DNA of 62,272 nt from Sulfurimonas sp. UBA6014 (GCA_002428085.1 DJAA01000034.1:18984-81255); one strand, 5' to 3'; positions 30,677 to 40,597 are shown, counted from the first letter of the stretch. Notes: generated by a model not told the origin, from the sequence alone. Translations and numbers: made by a program.

Positions 30677-31927
30677 TTGAAAATATTGTTTATATGGTTG
30701 CTTTTGATTTCTTGTTCGTTTGCTGATGATGCCACTATCGAAGTTATAAAAAAAGTAGAATCTTTGCCTACTTTAGCAGTAGAAGATTCATCATCAGACT
30801 ATGAAGAAACATTTAAATTGCAATTTTTTAAAACTCTTGTTGCTGATTTGAATGTAGTTTCGCTTTTTAATGTTGATAGACACTATAGACAAATCAATTT
30901 TGATGATAAAAATGTAGCAACTGAAAATAAAGATATGAATTATGTTTTAAGATACAAGATGTTTGAAGACAATAACGGTGCATTAAACATTGAAACAAAG
31001 CTCATGAGAGCAAATGAAAATGTTTTTACTAAAAATTACACTATGAATAATAAAAATGTGTATATGTTTGTTGCACACACTATTGCTTATGATATTAATG
31101 AATACATGGATGCACCATCTATCGAATGGATAAAGAAAAAGGTAATATTTGCAAGACTTGTAGGTGCTAAACAAAGTGAAATCGTTCTTTCTGATTATAC
31201 TCTTAGTTATCAGCATGTACTTGTTCGAGGTGGTTTTAATGTTTTTCCTAAATGGGCTAATGCAAATCAAGATGCGTTTTATTATACTTCTTTTAATGAT
31301 GTTAAGCCAACTTTGAAGCGCACCGAATTAAAAACTGGAGCAACGCGTGTATTATTGTCTTCTGATGGTATGTTGATTTGTTCAGATATCAGTGATGATT
31401 CAAATACTCTTTTATTAACAATGGCTCCAGATGGGCAACCAGATATTTATATTTATAATATTCAAACAAAAAAACATAAAAAAATTACAGATTATCGTGG
31501 TATTGATGTGAATGGTCAATTTGTTGATGATAATACAATTGTTTTTGTATCCAATAGGTTGGGATATCCAAATATTTTTTCAAAAAATCTTGAATCAAAC
31601 AGCATTGAGCAAATGGTCTATTATGGAAAAAGTAATTCAGCATGTAGTGCACACAAGGATTATGTAGTATATAAAGCTAGAGAAAGTACGAACACTTTCT
31701 CTAGCAATACATTTAACTTACATCTTATCTCTAGAAAAACGGATTTTATTAGAAGATTAACGGCTACGGGAGTAAATGAATTTCCACGTTTTTCTAAAGA
31801 TGGAGATGCCATTTTATTTATAAAAAATTATAAAAATCAAAGTTCTCTAGGGATAATACGACTAAATCAAAATAAAAATTATCTTTTTCCTTTAAAGTAT
31901 GGAAAAATTCAATCAATAGACTGGTAG
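30677..31927 (+). CDS. tolB: Tol-Pal system beta-propeller protein TolB
   Basis: 416 aa with a signal peptide and repeated propeller blades (...PDGQPDIYIYN..., ...FSKDGDAILF...). TTG start. Confidence 0.88.
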   Translation: MKILFIWLLLISCSFADDATIEVIKKVESLPTLAVEDSSSDYEETFKLQFFKTLVADLNVVSLFNVDRHYRQINFDDKNVATENKDMNYVLRYKMFEDNNGALNIETKLMRANENVFTKNYTMNNKNVYMFVAHTIAYDINEYMDAPSIEWIKKKVIFARLVGAKQSEIVLSDYTLSYQHVLVRGGFNVFPKWANANQDAFYYTSFNDVKPTLKRTELKTGATRVLLSSDGMLICSDISDDSNTLLLTMAPDGQPDIYIYNIQTKKHKKITDYRGIDVNGQFVDDNTIVFVSNRLGYPNIFSKNLESNSIEQMVYYGKSNSACSAHKDYVVYKARESTNTFSSNTFNLHLISRKTDFIRRLTATGVNEFPRFSKDGDAILFIKNYKNQSSLGIIRLNQNKNYLFPLKYGKIQSIDW

Positions 31928-31929
31928 AG

Positions 31930-31962
31930 AAATTGAGATAATTATCTCAATTTATTATTTTG
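31930..31962 (+). terminator. Perfect 24-bp palindrome AAATTGAGATAATTATCTCAATTT plus T-rich tail after tolB
   Basis: Read directly: palindrome 31930-31953 followed by ATTATTTTG. TATAAT at 31977-31982 then precedes pal. Confidence 0.6.
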
Positions 31963-32012
31963 TTAGATTTTTAAGGTATAATTTCATTTAATTTTAATGC
32001 CGAGGTTATAAC

Positions 32013-32567
32013 ATGAAAAAAATAGTATTGGTGAGTATCACGATGATGCTTTTAGTTTTTACAGGGTGTAGTTCTAAGACTCCTACAGTGGATGAGACAG
32101 CTGTAGAATCTAAAACAAACAATGAGGCTGCGGCAGTTCAAACAGAAACTGTAACGAATGATGATTCATCTGTTTCAGGTTCTAATGGTACTAATTCAGA
32201 TTCAAATGAAATGAATATGGCTAATATAGAAAAACAAATGTTGTCGATTTATTTTGATTTTGATAAATTTGATATTAAATCAGATATGCAAGAAAAAGTA
32301 TCTGCTGATGCTACTTTAGCAAAAACTACTGCTAATGCTTTTATGGTAAAACTTGAAGGTAATTGTGACGAATGGGGTAGTGATGAGTACAATTTTGCTC
32401 TTGGTTTAAAAAGAGCAAGTTCAGTTAAAGATTCTTTAGTTGCAGAAGGCGTTGATGCAAGTCGAATAACAATGGTTAGTTATGGTGAAAGCAATTCAGT
32501 TTGTGCCGATAAAACTAAAGATTGTTGGGCTAAAAATCGTCGCGTAGATTTTAAACTTCTTCCATAA
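32013..32567 (+). CDS. pal: Peptidoglycan-associated lipoprotein Pal (OmpA family)
   Basis: Lipobox LVFTGCSS. OmpA-like domain motifs (GNCDEWGSDEYNFALGLKRA, NRRVDF). Confidence 0.92.
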   Translation: MKKIVLVSITMMLLVFTGCSSKTPTVDETAVESKTNNEAAAVQTETVTNDDSSVSGSNGTNSDSNEMNMANIEKQMLSIYFDFDKFDIKSDMQEKVSADATLAKTTANAFMVKLEGNCDEWGSDEYNFALGLKRASSVKDSLVAEGVDASRITMVSYGESNSVCADKTKDCWAKNRRVDFKLLP

Positions 32568-32570
32568 TTT

Positions 32571-33491
32571 ATGAATCGCACTATACTCGTTGTATTCGCT
32601 GCGATTATTGTCCCCTTCACTTTATTCAGTACTGAACCCTCTGCGTTCGGTGCTGGTAATTTAAATAATCCCAAACCCTATGGTCTAACTTCAACTGAAG
32701 AAGTTATATTAGAAAACAAAAAAAATCTTCAAAATGTTGTTGTTAAAAGTAATAATCAAGCAAATAAAGTTGATTCTATAAGAGATAGAATTGATGGTTT
32801 GCAAGAAGTTATAGAGGGTTTGGTTGTTAAATCTCATGAAAATAAAATAAACATACAAAAATTAAGTCAAAAAAGTAATCAAGAGCTTGAGAGTTCAAAT
32901 GAGTATGAAAAAAGATTGAGTGAAGTAAGCGAAAAAAATACGAAAACTGTCGAAGAGTTAAAATTAGCAGTTGCAGAAATGTCTTCAATACTGAATACTA
33001 TTAAAACATCATATGTCACTAAGCAAGAATTTAATGCTATGGTTGAAGATGTGAATCGATTTAAAAGTCTGGTTGCAAAAGAGCTAAAAAATCCTTCTAA
33101 AGAGACAAAATCTACGTTTAGTGGTATGAATAACGCAGAAATATATAATAAAGCAAAAACTCTTTATGATAATAAGCAATATACCAATGCTATTGAATAT
33201 TACAGTTATTTAATTGATCAAAATTATAAATCAGCAACTTCGCATTATATGATTGGAGAAATGAATTATTATAGAAAAAACTATGCTCAAGCAGTAGCAT
33301 ATTTTAAAAAAAGTGCAACGTTGCATTCTGAAGCATCTTATATGCCAACGCTTATGCTTCATGCAGCTGTTTCTATGGAAAAAACTGGCGATAAGCTCAA
33401 TGCACAATCTTTTTATAATGCAATAATTTCAAAATATCCTAATTCTGAATATGCACAAAGTGCTAAAAAAAATCTTAGTTCAATGAATTAA
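32571..33491 (+). CDS. ybgF: Tol-Pal system protein YbgF/CpoB (coiled coil + TPR)
   Basis: Signal peptide, long coiled coil, and C-terminal TPR-like repeats (YYRKNYAQAVAYFKK...). Located after pal. Confidence 0.8.
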   Translation: MNRTILVVFAAIIVPFTLFSTEPSAFGAGNLNNPKPYGLTSTEEVILENKKNLQNVVVKSNNQANKVDSIRDRIDGLQEVIEGLVVKSHENKINIQKLSQKSNQELESSNEYEKRLSEVSEKNTKTVEELKLAVAEMSSILNTIKTSYVTKQEFNAMVEDVNRFKSLVAKELKNPSKETKSTFSGMNNAEIYNKAKTLYDNKQYTNAIEYYSYLIDQNYKSATSHYMIGEMNYYRKNYAQAVAYFKKSATLHSEASYMPTLMLHAAVSMEKTGDKLNAQSFYNAIISKYPNSEYAQSAKKNLSSMN

Positions 33492-33563
33492 TACACTGTT
33501 TTTTCTGCGATATTATAGAAATTTATGATAGACTTCAAAAAATTAATTATAAGGCTTTAAATA

Positions 33564-34085
33564 ATGGCAATGCAAATAAATCAAATAGTATCGATTCAAT
33601 ATGAAGTTCGTGATGGTAGTACAGTAGTGGATAGTAACATAGGTGGTGCTCCTTTAGTTTTTATGTTTGGAAAAGGTCAAATAATTTCGGGCTTAGAAAA
33701 TGCGATTGCCAACATGACTATAGGTGAAAAAGCAGATGTTTTAGTAAAGCCAGAAGATGCTTATGGCGCTCACAGTCCAGATGCTACGCAAGAAGTTCCA
33801 AAAGATCAGTTTTCAGGAATAGATTTGGAAGTTGGTATGACTTTATATGGTCAAGGTGAGGATGGTGGAACTGTTCAGGTGACTGTAAGTGAAATTAATG
33901 AGGAGACTGTTGTAATCGATTTCAACCATCCTTTGGCAGGCAAAAGTCTCATGTTTACTGTAACAGTAAATAATGTGAGAGATGCAAGTGCTGAAGAAAT
34001 TTTGACAGGAATTCCTGCAGAAAATATGCAAGAAGATGATGGGTGTTGTGGTTCGGGTGGTGGCAGCGGCTGTGGATGTCACTAA
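33564..34085 (+). CDS. slyD: FKBP-type peptidyl-prolyl isomerase SlyD with Cys/His/Gly-rich metal-binding tail
   Basis: FKBP plus IF-domain pattern (GAPLVFMFGKGQIISGLENA, FNHPLAGK). Tail DDGCCGSGGGSGCGCH. Confidence 0.9.
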   Translation: MAMQINQIVSIQYEVRDGSTVVDSNIGGAPLVFMFGKGQIISGLENAIANMTIGEKADVLVKPEDAYGAHSPDATQEVPKDQFSGIDLEVGMTLYGQGEDGGTVQVTVSEINEETVVIDFNHPLAGKSLMFTVTVNNVRDASAEEILTGIPAENMQEDDGCCGSGGGSGCGCH

Positions 34086-34839
34086 TTTTGTAACTGCTTC
34101 TGAATCATCAAAAGAAGCTTTTAAAACAGCTACTCTTTTAAAAACACTTAGCATAAACTCGTTAATTACGGGAGAAAAAGGTGTTGGAAAAAGAAATCTT
34201 GCAAAATATATACTTCCAGATGCACCTATTGTAGATGCATCTGATTTTAATAATCTACTCGCTACGCTTGAAAGTACTAGAGAAATAATCATAACTAATT
34301 TTGAAGACTCACCCAATATTAAAACAGTAGTTGAATGTATTAGTGTAAATGAAGTGAGAGTTATTGCTACGGCAAAAAATTCATTTCATTATGAAAAAAT
34401 TGATGATTTATTTAGTGTAAAATTTACTATACCACCATTACGTGAGCGATTAGAAGATGTCTCTTTCTTAGTTGAAATGTTCATCAAAGAAGCTTCATTA
34501 TTATTTGCAAGTGAAGAATTATACAATATTAGAGATTTTAAATATGACTTGAGTGAAAATGCAAATTCTTTAAGAAGGCAAGTCATGGTTCAGTGTTTAT
34601 TGCAAAATATTAAAGATGTCGAATTAATGGGTATTATTGAAAATTATTTGCTCACTAGATTGGGTTCAAATAGTGATTATAGAAATCTTTTATATTTATA
34701 TGAAGTACCATTGATTAAAGCAGGCATAACTAAATATAAATCGCAGCTTCAGCTTGCTGATAAACTTGGCTTAAATAGAAATACGCTTAGAAAAAAGATT
34801 TTTGATAATAAACAATATTTAGAAAAAGGGATAAAATGA
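34072..34839 (+). CDS. Degenerate sigma54-activator-like protein (truncated AAA+ core without a GAFTGA region) with C-terminal Fis-type HTH; start uncertain
   Basis: Walker-A-like ITGEKGVGKRNLAKYI. VRVIATA...PPLRERLEDVSFLVEMF matches the EBP C-terminal subdomain. HTH is QLADKLGLNRNTLRKKI. There is no ATG after the slyD stop, so several GTGs at 34048-34072 are candidate starts. Confidence 0.65.
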   Translation: MDVTNFVTASESSKEAFKTATLLKTLSINSLITGEKGVGKRNLAKYILPDAPIVDASDFNNLLATLESTREIIITNFEDSPNIKTVVECISVNEVRVIATAKNSFHYEKIDDLFSVKFTIPPLRERLEDVSFLVEMFIKEASLLFASEELYNIRDFKYDLSENANSLRRQVMVQCLLQNIKDVELMGIIENYLLTRLGSNSDYRNLLYLYEVPLIKAGITKYKSQLQLADKLGLNRNTLRKKIFDNKQYLEKGIK

Positions 34840-35774
34840 AAAAGATAGCAATGATATTTTCAGGGCAGGGTTCTCAAGCCATAGGAATGGGGAAAGATTT
34901 TTATGAAAAAAGTGAAATTGCACGCGATATGTTTAAAAATGCCAGTGAAAGAATAGGCATTGATTTTTATAAATTAATTTTTGAAGAGAATGAAAAACTT
35001 AGTCAAACGGCGTATACACAACCTGCTATTTTACTGATTCAAATGATTGCGTATAGGCTTTTTAAAGAGGCTTATCCAGAGGTGAAAGCTGAATTGTTTT
35101 TAGGACACTCTTTAGGTGAGTTTTCTGCATTATGTGCTAGTGGTGCTATCGATTACATAGATGCCGTCGAATTGGTTCATAAGCGCGGCTTATTTATGCA
35201 ATTTGCTTGTGATAAAATAGAAGCTGGAATGATGGTAATAGTAGGACTTGAGGATGAATTGGTTGAAAAAGTATGTAAAGATGAACTAACTAAAGGGAAA
35301 AAAATCTGGCCAGCTAATTACAATCAGGATGGACAATTGGTTGTTGCGGGAATGAAGGCTGACTTAGTTTCTTCGGAGCAAGCATTTAAAGATGCAGGTG
35401 CAAAAAGAGCACTTCTTTTAGATATGTCTGTTGCTTCTCATTGTGAATTATTAGTATCTGCTCAAGAACCTTTAGCAGAAATTATGGCTAATTTTATAAA
35501 GAATAATTTTGAAGCTCCTATTATTTCTAATGTTACAACTATGCCATACAGCTCAAAAGATGAAGCAATATCTCTCTTAAAGCTCCAGCTTATTAAACCT
35601 GTAAAATATAAGCAATCTATTTTAGCAATAGCTGATACTGTAGATATGGCGATTGAATTTGGTCATGGAACCATATTGAAGGGCTTAAATAAAAGAATCG
35701 CAAAAGATTTAATCACTTTAAATATTTCAGATATGGAATCTTTAAGTAAGGTAATTGAAGAAATTAGACATTAG
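34836..35774 (+). CDS. fabD: Malonyl CoA-ACP transacylase
   Basis: FSGQGSQ and GHSLGEFSAL motifs. Confidence 0.94.
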   Translation: MKKIAMIFSGQGSQAIGMGKDFYEKSEIARDMFKNASERIGIDFYKLIFEENEKLSQTAYTQPAILLIQMIAYRLFKEAYPEVKAELFLGHSLGEFSALCASGAIDYIDAVELVHKRGLFMQFACDKIEAGMMVIVGLEDELVEKVCKDELTKGKKIWPANYNQDGQLVVAGMKADLVSSEQAFKDAGAKRALLLDMSVASHCELLVSAQEPLAEIMANFIKNNFEAPIISNVTTMPYSSKDEAISLLKLQLIKPVKYKQSILAIADTVDMAIEFGHGTILKGLNKRIAKDLITLNISDMESLSKVIEEIRH

Positions 35775-35775
35775 A

Positions 35776-36492
35776 ATGAAGGTTACTTTAGCACAAATCT
35801 CTCCACAATTAAATCGTTCAAATTTAAAATATGCAATTGCAATAATCAATGAATATAAAAATGAGAGTGATTTGATTGTTTTTCCAGAACTCTCTTTAAA
35901 TGGTTATATGCTACAAGATAAATTATATGAAGATGCTTGGAATATTGATGAGTTGCAAGAAATTATCGCATTGAGTCATGATGTGGATATTGTCATTGGA
36001 GGCGCCATAAGAGATGGTGCAGTATTTAGAAATTCCGCTTTATATTTTAGTGATGGCAAGCTACTTAAGCAGCATAATAAAGTCCATCTCCCAAACTATG
36101 GGATGTTTGAAGAAGCTAGATATTTTAAGGCTGGAGATACTTTTGAGAGTTTTACGAGCACTTTAGGAAGATTTTCTATGCTTGTATGTGAAGATTTATG
36201 GCATGAAGCAGTTTGTGAAGATTTAATGGAGAGGAATCTTGATTTTATTGTAGCGCTTGTTGCTTCACCTGCCCGTGGTTTTAATGATGATGGTCTGAAA
36301 ATAAAAAATGATTGGTATAAAATCATTAAAACTTTTGCAAACAAATGTAAAGCAAAAGTAATTTTTGTCAACCGCGTTGGTTTTGAAGATGGGCTTGGTT
36401 TTTGGGGTGGTAGCTGTATTATTGATAAAAACTCAGAAGTTTTGCATGCATTACCACTGTATGATTCTCTTATTAAAACATTTGATATATAG
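35776..36492 (+). CDS. Carbon-nitrogen hydrolase (nitrilase superfamily) protein
   Basis: Catalytic triad context: FPELSLNGY (Glu), HNKVHLPNYG (Lys), LVCEDLWH (Cys). I place the start at MKVTLAQ just after the fabD stop; the track ORF begins 21 nt earlier. Confidence 0.82.
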   Translation: MKVTLAQISPQLNRSNLKYAIAIINEYKNESDLIVFPELSLNGYMLQDKLYEDAWNIDELQEIIALSHDVDIVIGGAIRDGAVFRNSALYFSDGKLLKQHNKVHLPNYGMFEEARYFKAGDTFESFTSTLGRFSMLVCEDLWHEAVCEDLMERNLDFIVALVASPARGFNDDGLKIKNDWYKIIKTFANKCKAKVIFVNRVGFEDGLGFWGGSCIIDKNSEVLHALPLYDSLIKTFDI

Positions 36493-36504
36493 GAAGTTGA
36501 CGAT

Positions 36505-37209
36505 ATGAAAATAGCAATAATGGGTGCAATGCCCGAAGAAATAGCACCAATTTTAGATAAGTTTGGCGAATATACAACTACGGAATATGCAAATAATAAA
36601 TATTATGAGGCAACGTATAAAGGGGTGGAGTTAGTTATAGCATATTCAAAAATTGGCAAAGTATTTTCAACTCTGACTGCAACTACCATGATTCAATATT
36701 TTGGAGCTGATAGACTTTTATTTTCTGGAGTTGCAGGAGCAATATCTTCTAAGCTTAAAGTTGGTGATTTAATAGTTGCAACTAAATTATTACAGCATGA
36801 TTTAGATATTAGTGCCTTTGGACATCCTTTTGGATATGTTCCAGAAGGTTCTGTATTTGTTGAAGCAGACGCTCAAATGATAAACATGAGTAAAGAAGTT
36901 GCAAAAGAGATGGGTAAAGCTATTCATGAAGGCATTATTGCCACGGGTGATCAGTTTATTGCTAATGAAGAGAGAAAAAATTGGATTGGAAATACTTTTC
37001 TTGCAGACGCACTAGAGATGGAAGGTGCAAGTGTCGCAGTTGTTTGCGATGCTTTAAACACTCCTTTCTTTATCCTTCGTGCCATTAGTGATGCAGCTGA
37101 CATGGATGCAAGTTTTTCTTTTGATGCGTTTCTTGAGTCGAGCGCGATTGAGAGTGCAGAGTTTGTTCTAAAAATGGTAGAAAAATTACAGCATAAAAAT
37201 GTTCAATAA
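36505..37209 (+). CDS. mtnN: 5'-methylthioadenosine/S-adenosylhomocysteine nucleosidase
   Basis: MKIAIMGAMPEE N-terminus; FSGVAGA and EMEGASVA motifs. Confidence 0.92.
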   Translation: MKIAIMGAMPEEIAPILDKFGEYTTTEYANNKYYEATYKGVELVIAYSKIGKVFSTLTATTMIQYFGADRLLFSGVAGAISSKLKVGDLIVATKLLQHDLDISAFGHPFGYVPEGSVFVEADAQMINMSKEVAKEMGKAIHEGIIATGDQFIANEERKNWIGNTFLADALEMEGASVAVVCDALNTPFFILRAISDAADMDASFSFDAFLESSAIESAEFVLKMVEKLQHKNVQ

Positions 37210-37214
37210 GTAGT

Positions 37215-37979
37215 ATGTTTGTGCCTATAAAATTATCGAAAAAAATTATGTCGCAACTAGGTAAAACAAATGCTGAGTTTGACCTTATAGAAGAAGGTGA
37301 TAAAATTTTGGTGGGATTGAGTGGCGGAAAAGATTCTCTTACGATGATTCATGCTATGAAAGAACAACAGCGTCGTGCCCCTTTTTCTTTTGATTTTCTT
37401 GCAGTGACAATTTCTTATGGAATGGGAGAAAATTATGATGCACTTGCAAATCATTGTAAAGAGTATGAAATACCATATATGGTTATTGATACAACTGTTT
37501 ATGACTTGGCAAAAGAAAAAATTAGAAAAAACTCCTCTTTTTGTAGTTTTTTTTCACGCATGAGACGAGGGTATTTGTATACAGCTGCGCAACAATATGG
37601 GTGTAATAAAGTGGCATTAGGGCATCACTTGGATGATGCTGCTGAGAGTTTTTTTATGAATTTTATTTATAATGGACAAATGAGAAGCTTAGCTCCAAAG
37701 TATAAAGCTGAGAATGGGCTTATCGTCATTCGTCCTCTTATCCAAATGCGAGAACGTCAACTGCTTGCATTTGTAAATCAAAACGAGATAAAAGCGATTG
37801 GAGATGAAGCATGTCCAGCAATGCGTTTTGATGTTAAGATGCCACATGCTAGGGCACATACCAAAGAGATGTTACAAAAAATGGAGAAAGAATTTCCAAC
37901 TCTTTTTACAAGTTTAAACGCAGCTTTTAAAAATATATCTCATGATAGTTTTTTTGAGAAACAAATTTTTAGTGTTTAA
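37215..37979 (+). CDS. PP-loop ATP pyrophosphatase, TtcA-like family
   Basis: PP-loop LVGLSGGKDS and the SRMRRGYLY motif. Only one Cys sits where TtcA has CxxC. Confidence 0.8.
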   Translation: MFVPIKLSKKIMSQLGKTNAEFDLIEEGDKILVGLSGGKDSLTMIHAMKEQQRRAPFSFDFLAVTISYGMGENYDALANHCKEYEIPYMVIDTTVYDLAKEKIRKNSSFCSFFSRMRRGYLYTAAQQYGCNKVALGHHLDDAAESFFMNFIYNGQMRSLAPKYKAENGLIVIRPLIQMRERQLLAFVNQNEIKAIGDEACPAMRFDVKMPHARAHTKEMLQKMEKEFPTLFTSLNAAFKNISHDSFFEKQIFSV

Positions 37980-38487
37980 TGCCTAAGACTTCTTCATCTT
38001 TAGCGATTTGAGATTTATTAGCGTAAAGGGTTTCTTCTTTTAAAAGCTGTAAAAATTCAAGGATATTCTCTTGATAAGCGAGAGTATCTCTGTCTCTTGA
38101 TAAATCTACAAGCTCTTTAAGTGATTGGGTATCTATTTTTTTTGCATATCTTGGAATAATTTTTAACTCTTTTTGGATATTAGCGATTAAAGTATCAATA
38201 TTGAATGCATTGTCATCTTTTATTTTTTGTACGAGTTCTTTTGTCGAGAGCATTAAAAGATTAGCTCTGTCTTCATCATGATTGTATATATCTAAAGCTA
38301 TTTTTTTTACTATTGTAAAGGCATCATCATGAGATTCTTCATTTGCGGTAATGATAAGCGCAAAAATTTTAGCCCTAAATTCTAATGAACCATGATGGTG
38401 AACAAATAGCTCGCGAAATGCATTAAAAAAACGGTATTTAAACATAAAACCTAGTTGCATAGTAATTCCTTGTGCGGTATTATACAC
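37969..38487 (-). CDS. Hypothetical helical protein
   Basis: 172-aa ORF with no motif I can assign. Convergent 11-nt overlap with the previous gene. Confidence 0.5.
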   Translation of the reverse strand: MYNTAQGITMQLGFMFKYRFFNAFRELFVHHHGSLEFRAKIFALIITANEESHDDAFTIVKKIALDIYNHDEDRANLLMLSTKELVQKIKDDNAFNIDTLIANIQKELKIIPRYAKKIDTQSLKELVDLSRDRDTLAYQENILEFLQLLKEETLYANKSQIAKDEEVLGIKH

Positions 38488-38547
38488 ATTAGAGTGTAAA
38501 AAATAGTTCTAAAATTTATAAAATCGCTGCAAAAATCTTTGACTAAG

Positions 38548-38575
38548 TATCACTAAAATGAGTTAGTGATATAAT
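38548..38575 (+). promoter_or_regulatory. Extended -10 promoter (TGATATAAT) for yebC, overlapped by the 9-bp inverted repeat TATCACTAA-N6-TTAGTGATA
   Basis: The inverted repeat spans 38548-38571. TGnTATAAT is at 38567-38575, about 30 nt before the ATG. RBS AAGGAAG. Confidence 0.55.
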
Positions 38576-38604
38576 CTAAAACATAATAAAAAAGGAAGAT
38601 TTTT

Positions 38605-39312
38605 ATGGGTAGAGCCTTTGAATACAGAAAAGCATCTAAGATGAAAAGATGGGGAACAATGTCGAAATTGTTTCCAAAATTAGGAAAAATTATTACTATG
38701 GCAGCAAAAGAGGGAAGTAGTGACCCTGATATGAACTCAAAGCTTCGTACCGCGATATTGAATGCTAAAGCTGAAAATATGCCAAAAGACAATATCGATG
38801 CTGCTATTAAGCGGGCTTCTGCAAAAGATACAGCAAGCATGCTTGAAGTAAATTTTGAAGGTAAAGTTCCTCATGGAGTCTTGCTTTTTATAGAATGCGC
38901 GACAGATAATAACACAAGAACTGTGGCAAATGTAAAAAATATTTTGACAAAAAATGGTGGCGAATTACTAACAAATGGTTCACTAGAATTTATGTTTACA
39001 AGAAAAGCAGTTTTTGAATTTTTGCTCCAAGATGGTATGAATATTGAAGAATTAGAGCTAGAACTCATTGATGGGGGACTTGAAGAGATAGAAGAGGAAG
39101 ATGGTGTGGTTTTAGTTACAGCTGATTATACAAGTTTTGGTAAAATGAATGAGGTTTTAGAAAAGCTTGGAATTGAGATTACAAAAGCGAATTTAGAGAG
39201 AATTGCAAACACGCCTATTACTATTTCGGATAAGGCGCAAGAAGATATTGATAAAATAATAGAAAGACTCGAAGACGATGAGGATGTACAAAAAGTTTTT
39301 TCAAATTTATAA
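38605..39312 (+). CDS. yebC: YebC/PmpR family DNA-binding transcriptional regulator
   Basis: MGRAFEYRKASKMKRWG...AKAENMPKDNIDAAIKRA family signature. Confidence 0.93.
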   Translation: MGRAFEYRKASKMKRWGTMSKLFPKLGKIITMAAKEGSSDPDMNSKLRTAILNAKAENMPKDNIDAAIKRASAKDTASMLEVNFEGKVPHGVLLFIECATDNNTRTVANVKNILTKNGGELLTNGSLEFMFTRKAVFEFLLQDGMNIEELELELIDGGLEEIEEEDGVVLVTADYTSFGKMNEVLEKLGIEITKANLERIANTPITISDKAQEDIDKIIERLEDDEDVQKVFSNL

Positions 39313-39315
39313 CTA

Positions 39316-39359
39316 AAGATAAGCACGCAAACGAATACTTTCGTTTAAGCGCTTATCTT
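39316..39359. terminator. Long imperfect hairpin between the convergent yebC and mshG/ctsF genes (candidate bidirectional terminator)
   Basis: AAGATAAGC..AAACGAA tact TTCGTTT..GCTTATCTT. The right arm overlaps the last codons of the minus-strand gene. Confidence 0.6.
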
Positions 39360-40597
39360 CCTTGAACCGCGTCGCCCATGCTCCACATAGGGAGGAAGAT
39401 ACCAAGTGCGAGTAAAATAACCATACCAGCAATCATAAATAGCATAATAGGTTCAATCGCCTCTGAGAGGCCATCAATTATTGCATCGAATCGCATTTTG
39501 TAATAATCTGCAACCTTTTTAATCATGGCGTCAAGTGAACCGCTATCTTCTCCAGCAGAAATCATTTGAATAATCATATTTTCAAAAAGTCCTGTTTCTT
39601 TTAGACCTTTGTTGAGTGTTCCTCCTTTTTCAACCGTCGCTCTTACAGACTGCAATTTAGCTTTAAGTGGCAAAGAGTCAATCATCGCGATAGCCGTGTC
39701 AAGTGCATCAGCAATAGGAATACCAGCTCGAATCAACTCTGCAAAAACAAGTGTAAAACGGCTTAGCGTAGCAAACTTAATAAGATTTTTAATCAAATAA
39801 AGTTTTAAAAGAAATTTATGCCAGCCATATCGAATATGGAAATAATTGTTGATTAAATATTTAAATGTAAGAAAAGAAACAAATAATATTGCCAATACAT
39901 AAGGACCAAAATTATTAAAAACATATTCGAGTTTAAGAAGAATAAGTGTTGGCAATGGTAAATCCGCACCCAACTCTTCAAAAATTGTCTTGAATTGTGG
40001 TACAACATACGATATGAGAATAGTAAATGCGACAGCCATTGCAATCATGACATTTCTTGGATATGCCATAGCTTTTTTAAATTTGATAACATTTGCACGA
40101 ATTTCTTCAAGCATATCAGCGAGTGAGTATAATGACTCATCCAAATTACCCGTTTGTTCTCCAAGTTGAACCATGGCAATAGTCAAATTACCTAGTTCAA
40201 ATCTAAAGTTTTCCATAGATTTAGATAAGGAATGTCCGGAGTTTATATCATCAGCTAGTTTAATAAAAACAGTTTTAAGAGCAACATCTTCGGTTGATTT
40301 GCCTATTTCATTGAGTGAATCATGAATAGAAATACCAGCATTAGTCATAACAGCAAGTTGTCTAATAGCGGCTATTTGGGCATCTGGCTTAATTTTATTT
40401 TTTTTGATATTTTTAAAAAAATCAGTTCGTATCCTACGTAATTTTACATCGAGTGGTTCTTCTGCTTCTGTAACTTTTATAATAATTCCAGAATTTTTTA
40501 GCTTTGCGTAGTCACTAGCCTCTTTCCTATCATTTGCATAAAAAGGAATTTGTTCTTTTTTCCCCTTAGTTAATACTGTTGCGATAAAATATTTCAT
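39353..40597 (-). CDS. GspF/PilC-family inner-membrane platform protein (MshG/CtsF-like)
   Basis: 414 aa with a duplicated GspF-type domain and three TM segments. Overlaps the upstream ATPase gene by 4 nt. Confidence 0.88.
   Translation of the reverse strand: MKYFIATVLTKGKKEQIPFYANDRKEASDYAKLKNSGIIIKVTEAEEPLDVKLRRIRTDFFKNIKKNKIKPDAQIAAIRQLAVMTNAGISIHDSLNEIGKSTEDVALKTVFIKLADDINSGHSLSKSMENFRFELGNLTIAMVQLGEQTGNLDESLYSLADMLEEIRANVIKFKKAMAYPRNVMIAMAVAFTILISYVVPQFKTIFEELGADLPLPTLILLKLEYVFNNFGPYVLAILFVSFLTFKYLINNYFHIRYGWHKFLLKLYLIKNLIKFATLSRFTLVFAELIRAGIPIADALDTAIAMIDSLPLKAKLQSVRATVEKGGTLNKGLKETGLFENMIIQMISAGEDSGSLDAMIKKVADYYKMRFDAIIDGLSEAIEPIMLFMIAGMVILLALGIFLPMWSMGDAVQGR

Noticed and set aside
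38553-38840. 95-aa minus-strand ORF overlapping the yebC start region.
   Set aside because: It is antisense to the highly conserved YebC N-terminus and covers the yebC promoter. It has no motif and is most likely spurious.
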